From: an uncultured Chloroflexia bacterium | GTDB taxonomy: Bacteria; Chloroflexota; Limnocylindria; Limnocylindrales; CSP1-4 | Length of the DNA stretch: 64,000 nucleotides | NCBI GenBank assembly: GCA_963776545.1 | Contig: CAVZND010000011.1 | Location: 99,487 to 163,486, forward strand | Reading direction: 5' to 3' | Shown here: piece by piece, positions 18,493 to 28,068 of the stretch | How the letters are laid out: every line of letters starts with the position of its first letter | Position numbering within the stretch: position 1 is the stretch's first letter | Made by a program: the position numbers and the translations under genes | The notes under the pieces: generated by a model | The model's database searches: none | The model's input: only the letters and a program-made list of their open reading frames with translations | What the model was told of the DNA's origin: nothing

Positions 18493-19083
18493 GTGAGATC
18501 CCCGAAATCGATCGCCCTCGTGGCCGTCGCGATCGTCGCCGTCGCGGCGTGCAGCGGCTCTGGTGGTGCGACTGACGCCGGCGCTGGAACGGCGGCCGCC
18601 GCCCCGACGGCCGCACCCGGCGGTGGAACGACGGCCACCGCCGCCCCGACCGACGCGGCCAAACCGACCGGTGCCGCGGCCGCGACACCAGCTCCGCCTG
18701 CCGGCGCGGTCGATGTTTGCGGGCTGCTGACCGCCGCCGATCTCAAGTCGGCCACGGGCAAGGAATACGGAGAGGGCGTCGCCGACCCGGTCGGTGGCTG
18801 CGCCTGGAACGTGGGTACCTCGGGCGTCAATCAGGGTGATCTCGTCTATGCGATCACGCAGGACCAGACACTCGACTTCATCAAAGGCGCGTTCTTGGGT
18901 GGCAGCGATGTCACGGTGAACGGCCACGCCGGTTACTGGCACCCCGGGGTCGGGCTCGGGTCGATGTGGGTCGATATCGGTGGGCGCGTGTTCGTCCTCT
19001 CGTTCCCGCGATCCGAGGAGCTGACCGCCGAGGATCAGGCCGCCGCGCAGAAGCTCTCCGAGATCGCCGTCGGCAAGATGTGA
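18493..19083 (+). CDS. secreted lipoprotein (DUF3558-like)
   Basis: GTG start after GGGAGG. Lipobox VAACSG, Ala/Pro/Thr linker, Cys-containing globular domain. Confidence 0.8.
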   Translation: MRSPKSIALVAVAIVAVAACSGSGGATDAGAGTAAAAPTAAPGGGTTATAAPTDAAKPTGAAAATPAPPAGAVDVCGLLTAADLKSATGKEYGEGVADPVGGCAWNVGTSGVNQGDLVYAITQDQTLDFIKGAFLGGSDVTVNGHAGYWHPGVGLGSMWVDIGGRVFVLSFPRSEELTAEDQAAAQKLSEIAVGKM

Positions 19084-19128
19084 CCGGCTGATGCGGCGGA
19101 CAGCCACCAGCGCGATGGCCGGGGCGGG

Positions 19129-19422
19129 CTAGTCGCGACCGATCTTCGCGATCACGATCTCAGCGGCGTCGCCGACCGCGAGTCGTGACGCCGCCATCAT
19201 CGCCTTGCTCACGCTCAGGGCGAGCCGGCCTCCACCGGCAGGCATGACGTTCGAGGCGAACTCGACGCCACCGATCGTGCCGGCGACGTGCTGCTGGCGC
19301 AGGCCACCCAGCGCGTGGGCCGCCGCATCCGGGACATCGACGACGGCCAGACCACTCCCACGCGCCGGGTCCCAGTATCGGATCTGGCCAGTGAACCGGA
19401 TCGGCTCCACGCCACCAGCCAA
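19129..19422 (-). CDS. DUF1905 domain-containing protein
   Basis: IRFTGQIRYWDPARGSGLAVVDVP...GTIGGVEFASNVMPAGGGRLALSVSKAM matches the DUF1905 pattern as I recall it. TTG start. Confidence 0.75.
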   Translation of the reverse strand: MAGGVEPIRFTGQIRYWDPARGSGLAVVDVPDAAAHALGGLRQQHVAGTIGGVEFASNVMPAGGGRLALSVSKAMMAASRLAVGDAAEIVIAKIGRD

Positions 19423-19474
19423 GCGCCGATCGGCCCGGTTGTCAATCGCTGTTCTAAGCGAGGATCGGCGCTTG
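19420..19474 (-). terminator. 12-bp perfect inverted repeat downstream of the padR operon
   Basis: CAAGCGCCGATC ... GATCGGCGCTTG with a 31-nt loop, between the stop at 19493 and the DUF1905 start. Could be a terminator or a regulatory structure. Confidence 0.35.
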
Positions 19475-19492
19475 CCTTGCGGGTTTGCGCAT

Positions 19493-20251
19493 TCAAGCGG
19501 GCTTGAGCGCCGACGACGTTCGATCCAGACGAATTGCCGCCACGCCGAGCGTGAACCAACCGGCCACGAAGCTGACGATCCCGACGAGGAGTACGAGCAT
19601 GCCCAGCCCCCACAGATCCTGACCCACAGCGATCACGCCGATGGTCCCGAGCGCCGGGCCGATCACGAGGGCCGATGCTCCCTTGCGCGATAGAACGGAT
19701 GCACGGTACGTCGCGATCCCGAACATCGCCGAGCCGAGGGCCGCCGTGGCTGCCCCGATAGGGAGAAGGCCGTCACGCCAATCCGAAGGGCCGACGCCGG
19801 CCAGATCGCTGACGCCAGCGATGAGGATGACGACCGACCCGAACGCCGTCAGCCCGAAGGCGGTCCAGACAAGCAACGGGTTGGAACGAGCCTGGAACGC
19901 GCTCATGCCTGTCAGCGCCACCAGTAGCGCGACCAACGCGACGAGAAGCGCGATCGCGCCGGCCTCGTCGGAGCCTTGGGTGAGGCCACTGGTCAACGCG
20001 AAGACGATGACGATCAGCGATGCGCCGACGATGGCGGCGATGCCGCCGATGCGAAGAGACATCGTGAAACCCCTTCCGTGTGCGATGTGGGCGTCCCGTC
20101 CACGCTGCCGGAGCCGCGCGTCGAGGGCGCCGAGGAGGATGTCCGCCACATCGAACGGACCGAGCGGACGTTCCTCGAGGATCGCCAGGAACTCGTCGCC
20201 GTAGCGCTCCCGCCAGCGGGCGGGATAGCAGCGGACCAGGAACGATCTCAT
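19493..20251 (-). CDS. PadR-associated membrane protein
   Basis: N-terminus MRSFLVRCYPARWRERYGDEFLAILEE is typical of proteins encoded after padR, followed by 5-6 TM helices. ATGA overlap with the padR stop. Confidence 0.8.
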   Translation of the reverse strand: MRSFLVRCYPARWRERYGDEFLAILEERPLGPFDVADILLGALDARLRQRGRDAHIAHGRGFTMSLRIGGIAAIVGASLIVIVFALTSGLTQGSDEAGAIALLVALVALLVALTGMSAFQARSNPLLVWTAFGLTAFGSVVILIAGVSDLAGVGPSDWRDGLLPIGAATAALGSAMFGIATYRASVLSRKGASALVIGPALGTIGVIAVGQDLWGLGMLVLLVGIVSFVAGWFTLGVAAIRLDRTSSALKPA

Positions 20252-20571
20252 GGCTCGGACCGGCCGAGGTGCCGAAGGCCCATCTGTGCGAATTCGGCAA
20301 GGCCCCGTAGCTGTTCAGCGAGGTTCGACGCCCCGACCGCGGTCAGGCGATACGGGCGGCGCCGGTCGACGGCCGGGAGCGGCTCGACCAGGCCCTGTTC
20401 CTCGAGCCTCGCGAGCGCGGCATACAGGGTGCCGGCACCCATGGGCCGGCCCGTGGCCTGCTCGACGTCCTGCATGATCGCGTAGCCGTGCTTCGGCCCG
20501 TCGCTGAGGCTGACGAGGATGAGCAGGGACGGTTCGGCGAACCGTCCGAACGCGGGGGCGCTTGGTGCCAT
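20248..20571 (-). CDS. PadR family transcriptional regulator
   Basis: LLILVSLSDGPKHGYAIMQDVEQATGRPMGAGTLYAALARLEEQGLV winged-helix signature. Confidence 0.9.
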   Translation of the reverse strand: MAPSAPAFGRFAEPSLLILVSLSDGPKHGYAIMQDVEQATGRPMGAGTLYAALARLEEQGLVEPLPAVDRRRPYRLTAVGASNLAEQLRGLAEFAQMGLRHLGRSEP

Positions 20572-20592
20572 CCGACTCCATCCTTACGACTG

Positions 20593-20604
20593 TCGATATA
20601 TCGA
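20593..20604. promoter_or_regulatory. AT-rich perfect palindrome TCGATATATCGA upstream of padR (candidate operator)
   Basis: Perfect 12-bp palindrome 22 bp upstream of the padR ATG. CGATATAT is repeated again at about 20608. It is a local AT island in GC-rich DNA. Confidence 0.45.
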
Positions 20605-20775
20605 TAGCCGATATATACACCCGGTCGGAAAAGGTGTCAAGCCTCGCCGTGGGCGACCCGGGGCAAGCACGGAGCGCGGATCTTGACCTCGTCGACGAAA
20701 CGTCTCGGACAAGCACTGCCCAGTGCGATGCGTGTCTTTCGTACGAGGCGCATCACAGCTGATCGCGCCCCGCGC

Positions 20776-21366
20776 TCACGAGCGGCGCGGACCGCGCCCC
20801 AGACGCGCGTAGAAGCCGAACGTGCCGACGAGGCCGGCGACGAACCCGACGAGGGAGAGGGGATTCGTCATCCCTGACGTCGCGACGACGGCGGCGGTCA
20901 GCACGAGGCCGGCGCCACCGACCGTCCCGAACGCCGCGACGCTCCGCGAGGCCGGCGTCGAAGCGGCGGCGATGCCGGCGAGGATGAGCCAGCCGCCGAT
21001 GAGCGCCTGACCGCCCAGGACGCCGAGCAGGCTCTCCTCGAACGTCATCCGGCGGGTGATGAGCAGGAGCGTGAACGTCGTCGTGATGGCGACCCCCACG
21101 ACGTCGGACCCGGCGCCGAGCAGCAACGGGATCGACCGCTGGTTCAGGCGCGCCAGGCCGATCGCGACCGGCACGGTCGTCACGGCAAGCGCGATCGCGG
21201 TCCAGTCGTTGATCGTCCCCCATGGCTCGCCGACAGCGAAGAACGCGCTGATCGTGGCGGCACCGCCCATCGTCAGGCCGGCCGCCATCAGGGCAGCCAG
21301 GCGGCCCGGGCGCCCGAGAATCAGGTCACATGACGACGTCGTGGCCTGGAGCGTGCCGGTGGTCAT
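20776..21366 (-). CDS. integral membrane protein
   Basis: ATG 21366 preceded by GGGAGGA. 6 predicted TM helices. Last gene of the cupredoxin operon. Confidence 0.75.
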   Translation of the reverse strand: MTTGTLQATTSSCDLILGRPGRLAALMAAGLTMGGAATISAFFAVGEPWGTINDWTAIALAVTTVPVAIGLARLNQRSIPLLLGAGSDVVGVAITTTFTLLLITRRMTFEESLLGVLGGQALIGGWLILAGIAAASTPASRSVAAFGTVGGAGLVLTAAVVATSGMTNPLSLVGFVAGLVGTFGFYARLGRGPRRS

Positions 21367-21396
21367 CGCATCCTCCCGCCGTCGACCCGACGGCAC

Positions 21397-21906
21397 TCAG
21401 AATGGCTTGGTCTCCATCAGCCAGGTGATCAGGACGATCCCACCGATGGCGAGCGACGCGCCCACCGCCGGCCGACGATCTCGTAATAGTCGGTCGAGCT
21501 CGACGTCCTCCACCGGCGCGGGCACGATCCCCGCCTTCCGGTCGGCCTGGGTCGGCATGCCGAGACCGCGGCGCATCCCCGACATGGGGATCGCGACGAG
21601 TGGCGTCATCACCGACACGATCGCGACGAGCAGCCCGATCGAGACCCACAGCCACCACTGCCCGTTGAACCACCACGCCCCGGCGACACCGACCAGGATG
21701 CCGCTGACGATGAGCAGCAACCCCGCGAGGCTCATCGGCGTGATGAAGCCGACGGAGAGGTCGAGCAGTGGCACGAGCTTGGCTCGATCGCGTTCCCGAC
21801 GGACCCGCCACCACACGCCCATCGACACGCCGTGGATGGCCAGGAAGGCGAGGACGCTGACGACGTGGAACACGAGCAACCAGGGATAGACGCCGGCCCA
21901 GGTCAT
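21397..21906 (-). CDS. integral membrane protein (DUF2269-like)
   Basis: ATG 21906 preceded by GGGGAGGAAG. 4 TM helices. The upstream part of ORF 21397..22125 is out-of-frame overlap with the cupredoxin gene. Confidence 0.75.
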   Translation of the reverse strand: MTWAGVYPWLLVFHVVSVLAFLAIHGVSMGVWWRVRRERDRAKLVPLLDLSVGFITPMSLAGLLLIVSGILVGVAGAWWFNGQWWLWVSIGLLVAIVSVMTPLVAIPMSGMRRGLGMPTQADRKAGIVPAPVEDVELDRLLRDRRPAVGASLAIGGIVLITWLMETKPF

Positions 21907-21919
21907 CGGTCTTCCTCCC

Positions 21920-22690
21920 CTACTGGATCGAGATCGTGCCGACCATGCCGGCGTCCTTGTGGCCGGGGACGGCGCAATAGAACTCGAGGGCGCCCGGGGC
22001 GGTCGGCTTGAGCGCGACGAACGTCGTCGAGTTCGCCGGCACCGGGATATGGATCCCGAGGGCGTCGACGTCGAACGCGTGGGCGTAGCCGTCCTGGTTC
22101 GTGACGTAGACGCCAAGGACCTCACCCGCCCGGGCCTCGAGCGTCGTCTCGAGGAACCGCGTGTCCTTCGCCGTGACCGAGATCGTGGTCGCCGGAGGCT
22201 GGCTGAGCGCGGTACCGGCGCTCGTCGACGAAGCGGCGAGGAGCGATGTCAGACAGGCGCCGGTGACGGACCCGACGACCGCGACGACGACCAGCCCGGC
22301 GCGACCCCGCGACTCCCAGAGCGGCCGCCCGCGGCGGACCTCGAGGCATGCCGTCAGGCCGCCGAGCACGACGAGCATCCCCGCGACCAGGACGACCAGC
22401 GTCGTCACGAAGCTCACGGCATCGGCGGGATGACCGAGCGCGTACGCCGCGTAGAAGCCGTTGAACAGCAGGACCAGGACGCCAGGCACCATGGCCACGA
22501 GCCAGAACCACGGACGGCTGCGGGCGCCGGCCCACGCCATCGACGCCAGCCCGATCACCCCGAAGAGGACGACGAACCCGATGATGACGGCGATGAAGTC
22601 CGCCGCGAACGGCTGCGTCGCGTAGACGAGGAAGACGGCGATGATGACGATGTACGCGGCACCAACGAGGCGCATCGCAAAGGTCCGCAT
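21920..22690 (-). CDS. membrane-anchored cupredoxin (plastocyanin/azurin-like copper-binding) protein
   Basis: 5 N-terminal TM helices, then a cupredoxin domain with type-1 Cu ligands (YAHAFDVDALG ... FYCAVPGHKDAGMVGTISI). GGAGG RBS. Confidence 0.85.
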   Translation of the reverse strand: MRTFAMRLVGAAYIVIIAVFLVYATQPFAADFIAVIIGFVVLFGVIGLASMAWAGARSRPWFWLVAMVPGVLVLLFNGFYAAYALGHPADAVSFVTTLVVLVAGMLVVLGGLTACLEVRRGRPLWESRGRAGLVVVAVVGSVTGACLTSLLAASSTSAGTALSQPPATTISVTAKDTRFLETTLEARAGEVLGVYVTNQDGYAHAFDVDALGIHIPVPANSTTFVALKPTAPGALEFYCAVPGHKDAGMVGTISIQ

Positions 22691-22765
22691 CCGAAGCCTC
22701 CATCCAGGAACGGCGCCCGACGTCGCCGCGGGACGGTCAAGCTCGAGGCGAGCCTGGCGTCGAGA

Positions 22766-22800
22766 TGCTATATTGGTTGCATTGCTAAGTCAATAGAGTT
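22766..22800 (+). promoter_or_regulatory. AT-rich promoter/operator region for tetR (extended -10 TGCTATATT)
   Basis: TGcTATATT at 22766-22774, followed by the imperfect inverted repeat TATTGg...tCAATA. Lies between the divergent cupredoxin operon and tetR. Confidence 0.35.
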
Positions 22801-22816
22801 GTGAGGACCATGACGG

Positions 22817-23440
22817 TTGCCTAGGCGTTACGCCCTCGGGAAGCGAGCCACCCAGCAGGCCGAGACGCGTCAGCGGATCATCGACGCGGCGCTCGGGCTG
22901 TACCAGGAGCAGGGTGTCTCGGCGACGACGATGCTCGACGTCGCTCGCCGGGCGGACGTCGCCCCGGGCACCGTCGCCAACCACTTCGGATCCGCGGAGG
23001 CGCTCGCCACTGAGGCGATGACACGGCTCCTGGCCGACTTGCGGATGCCCGGGGTCGAACTTTTCGACGGCGTGGACGGACTCGCCGACCGCATCCGGCT
23101 CCTCGTGCACGAGATGAGTACGTTCTTTCGCCGCAGCCAATCCTGGTATTACGTAAGGGAACGCGAACCGGGCGTCCAGACGTGGGCCGACGCCGAGGCC
23201 CGCTTCGCTGCGGAACTCGACACCCTCGTTCGCGCGGCCATAGGCCCACTGGCGGACGATGCCGACGCGGTGGCGGTGGTCTCGGCCGTGCTCGGCACCT
23301 GGGTCCTGGGCACCATCGAGTCGACCGGGCGGAGCGCCGAGACGGCGGCGGACCTCGTCGCCGAGCTCCTGACGACGTGGCTCGCAACGCGATCCAACCG
23401 AGGCCCGTCGATGACCCGGCCAGCGAAACGACACAGCTGA
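22817..23440 (+). CDS. TetR/AcrR family transcriptional regulator
   Basis: TRQRIIDAALGLYQEQGVSATTMLDVARRADVAPGTVANHF HTH signature. TTG start. Confidence 0.9.
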   Translation: MPRRYALGKRATQQAETRQRIIDAALGLYQEQGVSATTMLDVARRADVAPGTVANHFGSAEALATEAMTRLLADLRMPGVELFDGVDGLADRIRLLVHEMSTFFRRSQSWYYVREREPGVQTWADAEARFAAELDTLVRAAIGPLADDADAVAVVSAVLGTWVLGTIESTGRSAETAADLVAELLTTWLATRSNRGPSMTRPAKRHS

Positions 23441-23515
23441 CCGCCGATCGCCTGATCGCGACTCAGCAGGGCGGCGGTATGCATCGGTCTCCGAAGTCTG
23501 CTGGTTCTGGGCTGG

Positions 23516-24010
23516 GTGAGCCCCAGGTCCACTCGACGAGAAGCGCATCTGCCCGTCTGGGACGCGCCCCCTGGATCATGGGCGTCGTCGGCGGCGACCC
23601 GACGGGCGATGCAGGGGAACCGGGCCCGGGACACGTTGCCCGAGCTGCGCGTCCGTCGGGCGGTCCACGCTTCGGGTCTGCGCTACCGCGTCTCGACCCG
23701 CCCGGTCGCCGACCTCCGGATCTCGGCGGACATGGTGTTTCGACGGTCGCGGGTCGCCGTCTTCATCGACGGCTGCTTCTGGCATGGATGTCCCGAGCAC
23801 TCATCGACGCCGCGGACGAACGTCGACTATTGGGCCGCCAAGATCGCGGCCAACCGGGACCGCGACGCGCGGGCTGGCCGTCTCCTCGCGGCGGCGGGGT
23901 GGAGGGTCGTGCGCGTCTGGGAGCACGAGGATCCGCGGCACGGCGTCGCCCGGATCAGGGATGCGGTCGGCGATGTGGGTCACTCAGCTGGGCAGCGAAC
24001 AGGCGGCTGA
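23516..24010 (+). CDS. vsr: very short patch repair endonuclease
   Basis: TRRAMQGNRARDTLPELRVRR, ADMVFRRSRVAVFIDGCFWHGCPEH, NVDYWAAKIAANRDRD and WRVVRVWEHE are canonical Vsr blocks. Confidence 0.85.
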   Translation: MSPRSTRREAHLPVWDAPPGSWASSAATRRAMQGNRARDTLPELRVRRAVHASGLRYRVSTRPVADLRISADMVFRRSRVAVFIDGCFWHGCPEHSSTPRTNVDYWAAKIAANRDRDARAGRLLAAAGWRVVRVWEHEDPRHGVARIRDAVGDVGHSAGQRTGG

Positions 24011-24070
24011 CGAGACGACCCGGGCGACCTGGCGACCATCGGCATCGTCGATCCTCGAACTGGGCTTGCG

Positions 24071-27000
24071 ATGGGCACGGCAGCCGCCCATCATCGCCGC
24101 GTGGCCAGGCGGGTGAGCAGCGACCGCTTCATCGGCCGAGCGAATGACCTCGGGCGACTGACGGCTGCGTACGCCGAGGCGACGGCCGGTCGGTCGCTGT
24201 TCGTCCTCGTCACCGGCGAGGCGGGTGTCGGGAAGTCCCGCCTCCTCAACGAAGCGCGCCGCGGCTTCGAGGCGGCCGGAGCCACGGTGCTCGTCGGGGG
24301 GTGCATCCAACTCGGGGACGAGCTTCCGTTCGGCCCCGTCGTCGAGGCGCTTCGACCCCTCGTCGCGACCCTGGGGCGGGATCGCGTCCTCGCGCTGGCC
24401 GGGCCGCATCGGCTGGCGCTCGAGCGGCTGATCCCCGAGCTCACCCCAACACCTGAGCGGGTCCCGGACGAGCACGCCAGTGGCGCCTGGCGCCTGTACG
24501 AGGCGGTCCGGACCCTCCTGACCAGGATGACTCGCGACGGCCCGGTCGTGCTGGCGATCGAGGACGTCCACTGGGCGGACGCGTCGACGAGAGCGCTGCT
24601 CCAATATCTCCTCGGGACGCTGGACCACAGTCCGATCCTCGTCGTGGCGACGTATCGAAGCGACGAGGTCTCCGCTCGCCACCCGCTGCTGCCGGTCCTC
24701 GCCGAACTCGGACGCTCAGGCGACATCGAGCGCCTCGACCTCGAGCCGTTCGGGCGAACCGACCTCGGCGACCTGGCGACGTCGATCCTCGGCCACCCGC
24801 TTGATGGCAGAGACCTCGACACACTCGTCGAGCGTTCCGATGGGAATCCGTTCCTGGCCGAAGAGCTCATGGCCGCGTCGGCCGCAGGGATGGGTCGACA
24901 GGAGATCCCGATCACGCTGGCCGACGTCCTCGCGGCCCGCCTCGCGGGCCTGTCCCCGGACGCGCGGCGCATCGTTCGCGCCGCGTCGGTGCTGGGTCGC
25001 CGCGTCGACCATCGGCTCCTCACGAGGATCCTTCCTGACCCTGAAGTTCAGGTGCTCGCGTGCCTTCGGGAGGCGGTCGATGAACGGATCCTGGTCCCAG
25101 CCGATGCGGGAGCCTCGGTCGCCTATGCCTTCCGTCACGCGCTGGTAGGCGAAGCGGCCTATGACGAGCTCCTGCCTGCGGAACGAGTCGCGCTGCATGG
25201 GGCCGTGGCACAGGCGCTCCAGGCGGAAACGGCGGATGACGAGCTCCCGGCCGAGGTCGCCGGGGAGATCGCCTATCACGCGTTCCGCGCACACGATCTT
25301 CCTCGAGCGCTCGTAACGGCGATCCGAGCCGCGGTGGCTGCCACCGCGATCTACGCGTACCCCGAAGCGCTCCGCCAGTACGAGCGGGCCATCGAGTGCT
25401 GGCCAGACGTCCCCGATGCCGGATCCCTGACGGGTCTGGAGCGCTGGGAGCTGCTGTTCCGGGCGGCGCGTTCGGCGGCGGCGGCGCACGACCCGGCGCG
25501 GGGTTGCCGGATCGCCGAGGCCGCACTCGAGACGCTCGGGCCGGGGCGCGAGCTGGAGGCGGGCGCGATCGTCGCGCAGTCGTTCTGGTTCGCCTGGGAG
25601 GCGGCCGACTACGAGACCCTGGAACGCTTTGGGTCGGCCGGCGTCAAGCTCGTGCCAGCCGGGACGCCAGGCGACCTCCGGGCGCAGGTCCTGGCCAACC
25701 TGGCGGCGCTCCGGCGCTACCACGGCCATCACGAGGAGGCGCTCGCGCTTGGCCGTGAAGCCGTCACCGCCGCTCGCCAGGCGAAGGCAAGGGGTGCCGA
25801 AGGTCGCGCCCTGGCGGTGGTCGCCGAGACGCTCAGCCACCTGGGTCGCCCCGATGCCGCCCTGGTGGCCTTCGGGGAAGCGGCCGAAGCAGCCGCCGAT
25901 GCCGGCGATCGGGAGGAACTCGTGCGCATCGCGCACGGCAGCACCTGGGCACATGAGATCGCGGGCCGGTTCGACCAGGGCCTCGAGATCGCGGAGCGGG
26001 CCCTCGAGGCGTCCGTCGCGGCTGGGTCCGAGAGTCGCCATGGGGACTTCCTGCGCGCGGTCATCATCGAATGCCTCGTCGAGCTCGGGCGATGGCAGGA
26101 GGTCGACGAGCTCATCCGCCGGGTGGACGAGCGATGGATCGCGAGCCCGGCGACCGCCTGGGCGGAAGTGATGGTGATGCGCATCCACATCAGCCGAGGC
26201 GAATTCACGGAGGCCGTCCGAATCCACGATCGGACCATCGACATCCCGGCGATCGCGTTCAACCTCGTGTGGGAAACGGAGGAGGGGTCCCACCTCGCCT
26301 ACGCCGAGGGGCGGGTGGCCGAGGCGCGGCGGATCGTCGACACGGCGATCGCCGCGTGCCCGACGCCGCATGACTCCGCGTTGTGGTGGATCCTCAGCAA
26401 GGCCGTTACCGGCGAGGCGGACGCCGCATCCGACGCGCGCGCGCGGCGACGCAAGCAGGAGGTCGATGCGGCCATAGGGTTCGGCACTCGATATGGCGAC
26501 TTGCTGCGACATTCGCTCGGTCTTGCCATCGCCACCGGCGAGGCCGGCCCGCTCGCGGAGGCATATCTCGTCTGGGAGACAGCGGAACGCAGTCGCCTCG
26601 TCGATCGGGCGGATCCGGCCGCCTGGGATCGCGCGGCGAGCACTCGGGAAGCGCTCCCGCAACCATACGAGGCCGCCTATGCGCGGTTCCGCCACGCCGA
26701 GGCGATCCTGGCCGCGGCTGGATCACGCGACGCCGCCGAGCGAGCGCTGCGGACCGCCCACGCGACGGCCACCGTCCTCGAGGCGAAGCCGCTCCTGCGG
26801 AGGATCGAGGAGCTCGCCAGGAGGGCTCGGCTCTCCGTCACCGCTCGACGCCCGGCCGGACGAGTCCGTGGTCGATCGACGGAGTTGACACCTCGGGAGC
26901 GCGAGGTCGTCGCGTATCTGGCCGAGGGACGGACGAACCGCGAGATCGCCGAGGCACTCTTCATGAGCGAGCGGACCGCCTCGGTCCATGTCTCGAATCT

Positions 27001-27106
27001 CATGGGCAAGCTCGACGCAAGGAGTCGATTCGAAGCCGCGGCCATCGCGACCCGGCGCGGACTCCTCGCCGGACCCTCGGACGAGCCCGGTGCGCCGGTC
27101 CCATAG
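24071..27106 (+). CDS. large ATP-binding LuxR-family (LAL) transcriptional regulator
   Basis: Walker A (VTGEAGVGKSRL), a long TPR-like helical middle, and a C-terminal LuxR HTH (LTPREREVVAYLAEGRTNREIAEALFMSERTASVHVSNLMGKL). Confidence 0.9.
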   Translation: MGTAAAHHRRVARRVSSDRFIGRANDLGRLTAAYAEATAGRSLFVLVTGEAGVGKSRLLNEARRGFEAAGATVLVGGCIQLGDELPFGPVVEALRPLVATLGRDRVLALAGPHRLALERLIPELTPTPERVPDEHASGAWRLYEAVRTLLTRMTRDGPVVLAIEDVHWADASTRALLQYLLGTLDHSPILVVATYRSDEVSARHPLLPVLAELGRSGDIERLDLEPFGRTDLGDLATSILGHPLDGRDLDTLVERSDGNPFLAEELMAASAAGMGRQEIPITLADVLAARLAGLSPDARRIVRAASVLGRRVDHRLLTRILPDPEVQVLACLREAVDERILVPADAGASVAYAFRHALVGEAAYDELLPAERVALHGAVAQALQAETADDELPAEVAGEIAYHAFRAHDLPRALVTAIRAAVAATAIYAYPEALRQYERAIECWPDVPDAGSLTGLERWELLFRAARSAAAAHDPARGCRIAEAALETLGPGRELEAGAIVAQSFWFAWEAADYETLERFGSAGVKLVPAGTPGDLRAQVLANLAALRRYHGHHEEALALGREAVTAARQAKARGAEGRALAVVAETLSHLGRPDAALVAFGEAAEAAADAGDREELVRIAHGSTWAHEIAGRFDQGLEIAERALEASVAAGSESRHGDFLRAVIIECLVELGRWQEVDELIRRVDERWIASPATAWAEVMVMRIHISRGEFTEAVRIHDRTIDIPAIAFNLVWETEEGSHLAYAEGRVAEARRIVDTAIAACPTPHDSALWWILSKAVTGEADAASDARARRRKQEVDAAIGFGTRYGDLLRHSLGLAIATGEAGPLAEAYLVWETAERSRLVDRADPAAWDRAASTREALPQPYEAAYARFRHAEAILAAAGSRDAAERALRTAHATATVLEAKPLLRRIEELARRARLSVTARRPAGRVRGRSTELTPREREVVAYLAEGRTNREIAEALFMSERTASVHVSNLMGKLDARSRFEAAAIATRRGLLAGPSDEPGAPVP

Positions 27107-27252
27107 AGCCGGCCGCCACGGGCGAGCGAGTTTACGTAGCCACACGGGCCTCAACTAAGTGTTTGCACGATGTTCGCGTGCATCGCGGTGCCTACCGTCC
27201 CGGGTGTCAAGGCGGCGACCAGCTGACCTGACCGATGGGAAGGAGAGGTGCG

Positions 27253-27603
27253 ATGAGCGCCGACATCAAGGCCGCGGTACGTCCGCCGAGTGGCATGCGA
27301 TGGGACCCGATGCGGTTCGCGATCGGGACGGCCCTCGCGATCAGTCTGACCGCAGGCGGCTTCGCCATCGGTCGGGCGAGTTTCGACCAGCCGGACACGG
27401 TCGTCTCCGGAGGACCGGTCGCCGCGGGAGCGGACCATCCCGAAGCCGGCGCCATCGCGGCTCCGCGGATCTCGCCGACGCAGCCGTCAGACGCGGCGAT
27501 CCGCGATCAGCAGCGCCACCACGGGTCGAGGCATCGGGCGAGCCCGGCCGAGCCCGAGCAGGCGATCAAGGACTGCGCGATCCATCGTAGCCAAGGCTGC
27601 TGA
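27253..27603 (+). CDS. hypothetical single-pass membrane protein
   Basis: ATG 27253 preceded by AGGAGAGG. One TM helix (FAIGTALAISLTAGGFAIG) and good GC3. Confidence 0.55.
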   Translation: MSADIKAAVRPPSGMRWDPMRFAIGTALAISLTAGGFAIGRASFDQPDTVVSGGPVAAGADHPEAGAIAAPRISPTQPSDAAIRDQQRHHGSRHRASPAEPEQAIKDCAIHRSQGC

Positions 27604-27633
27604 GCGAGCCGATCGTCGCGCTTGACCATCCCG

Positions 27634-28068
27634 TCATGGCCGGCGCGCCGGCGTCATCGCGTCGTGCCCGGGGAGTCCGCATTCGGACAGGGCGGCGGCG
27701 AACCCGTCGAGGTCGTCGACCGTCAGGTAGAGCGCCGGGACGCGCAGCCCCATCCGGGGGACCGGCTCACGGAAGTCGATGCGGACGCCGCCACGGTTGG
27801 TGCCACCAAATGTCAGGTCCCGATGGCGGACGCTGTAGCGGACGCCGATCGCGGTGATCCAGCGCCACGGACCCTCGATCCGCCACGAGGCGAGGTTGCT
27901 CGTCGGTGTCCGGAATCGGAAGAAGCCGAAGTGCGCATCGAGCTCGTCGTCGCCGAGATCGACGTAGGCGTTGGACGCCCGGACCCCGAACAACAGAAGG
28001 ACGAACCTCGACCGCCTGCCGAGTCGAAGCGGGAACCGATGGGTGCTCGCCGCGGCAGGCAGCGTCAC
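27634..28068 (-). CDS. hypothetical protein (144 aa), last gene of the CFA-synthase operon
   Basis: GTG 28068 overlaps the cfa stop (GTGA at 28065-28068). Good GC3. No motif recognised. Confidence 0.7.
   Translation of the reverse strand: MTLPAAASTHRFPLRLGRRSRFVLLLFGVRASNAYVDLGDDELDAHFGFFRFRTPTSNLASWRIEGPWRWITAIGVRYSVRHRDLTFGGTNRGGVRIDFREPVPRMGLRVPALYLTVDDLDGFAAALSECGLPGHDAMTPARRP

Noticed and set aside
24091-26695. Long minus-strand ORFs (24091..25023, 24716..26695) inside the LAL regulator gene
   Set aside because: Antisense artefacts of a high-GC gene. The plus-strand product has Walker A, TPR-like and LuxR motifs.
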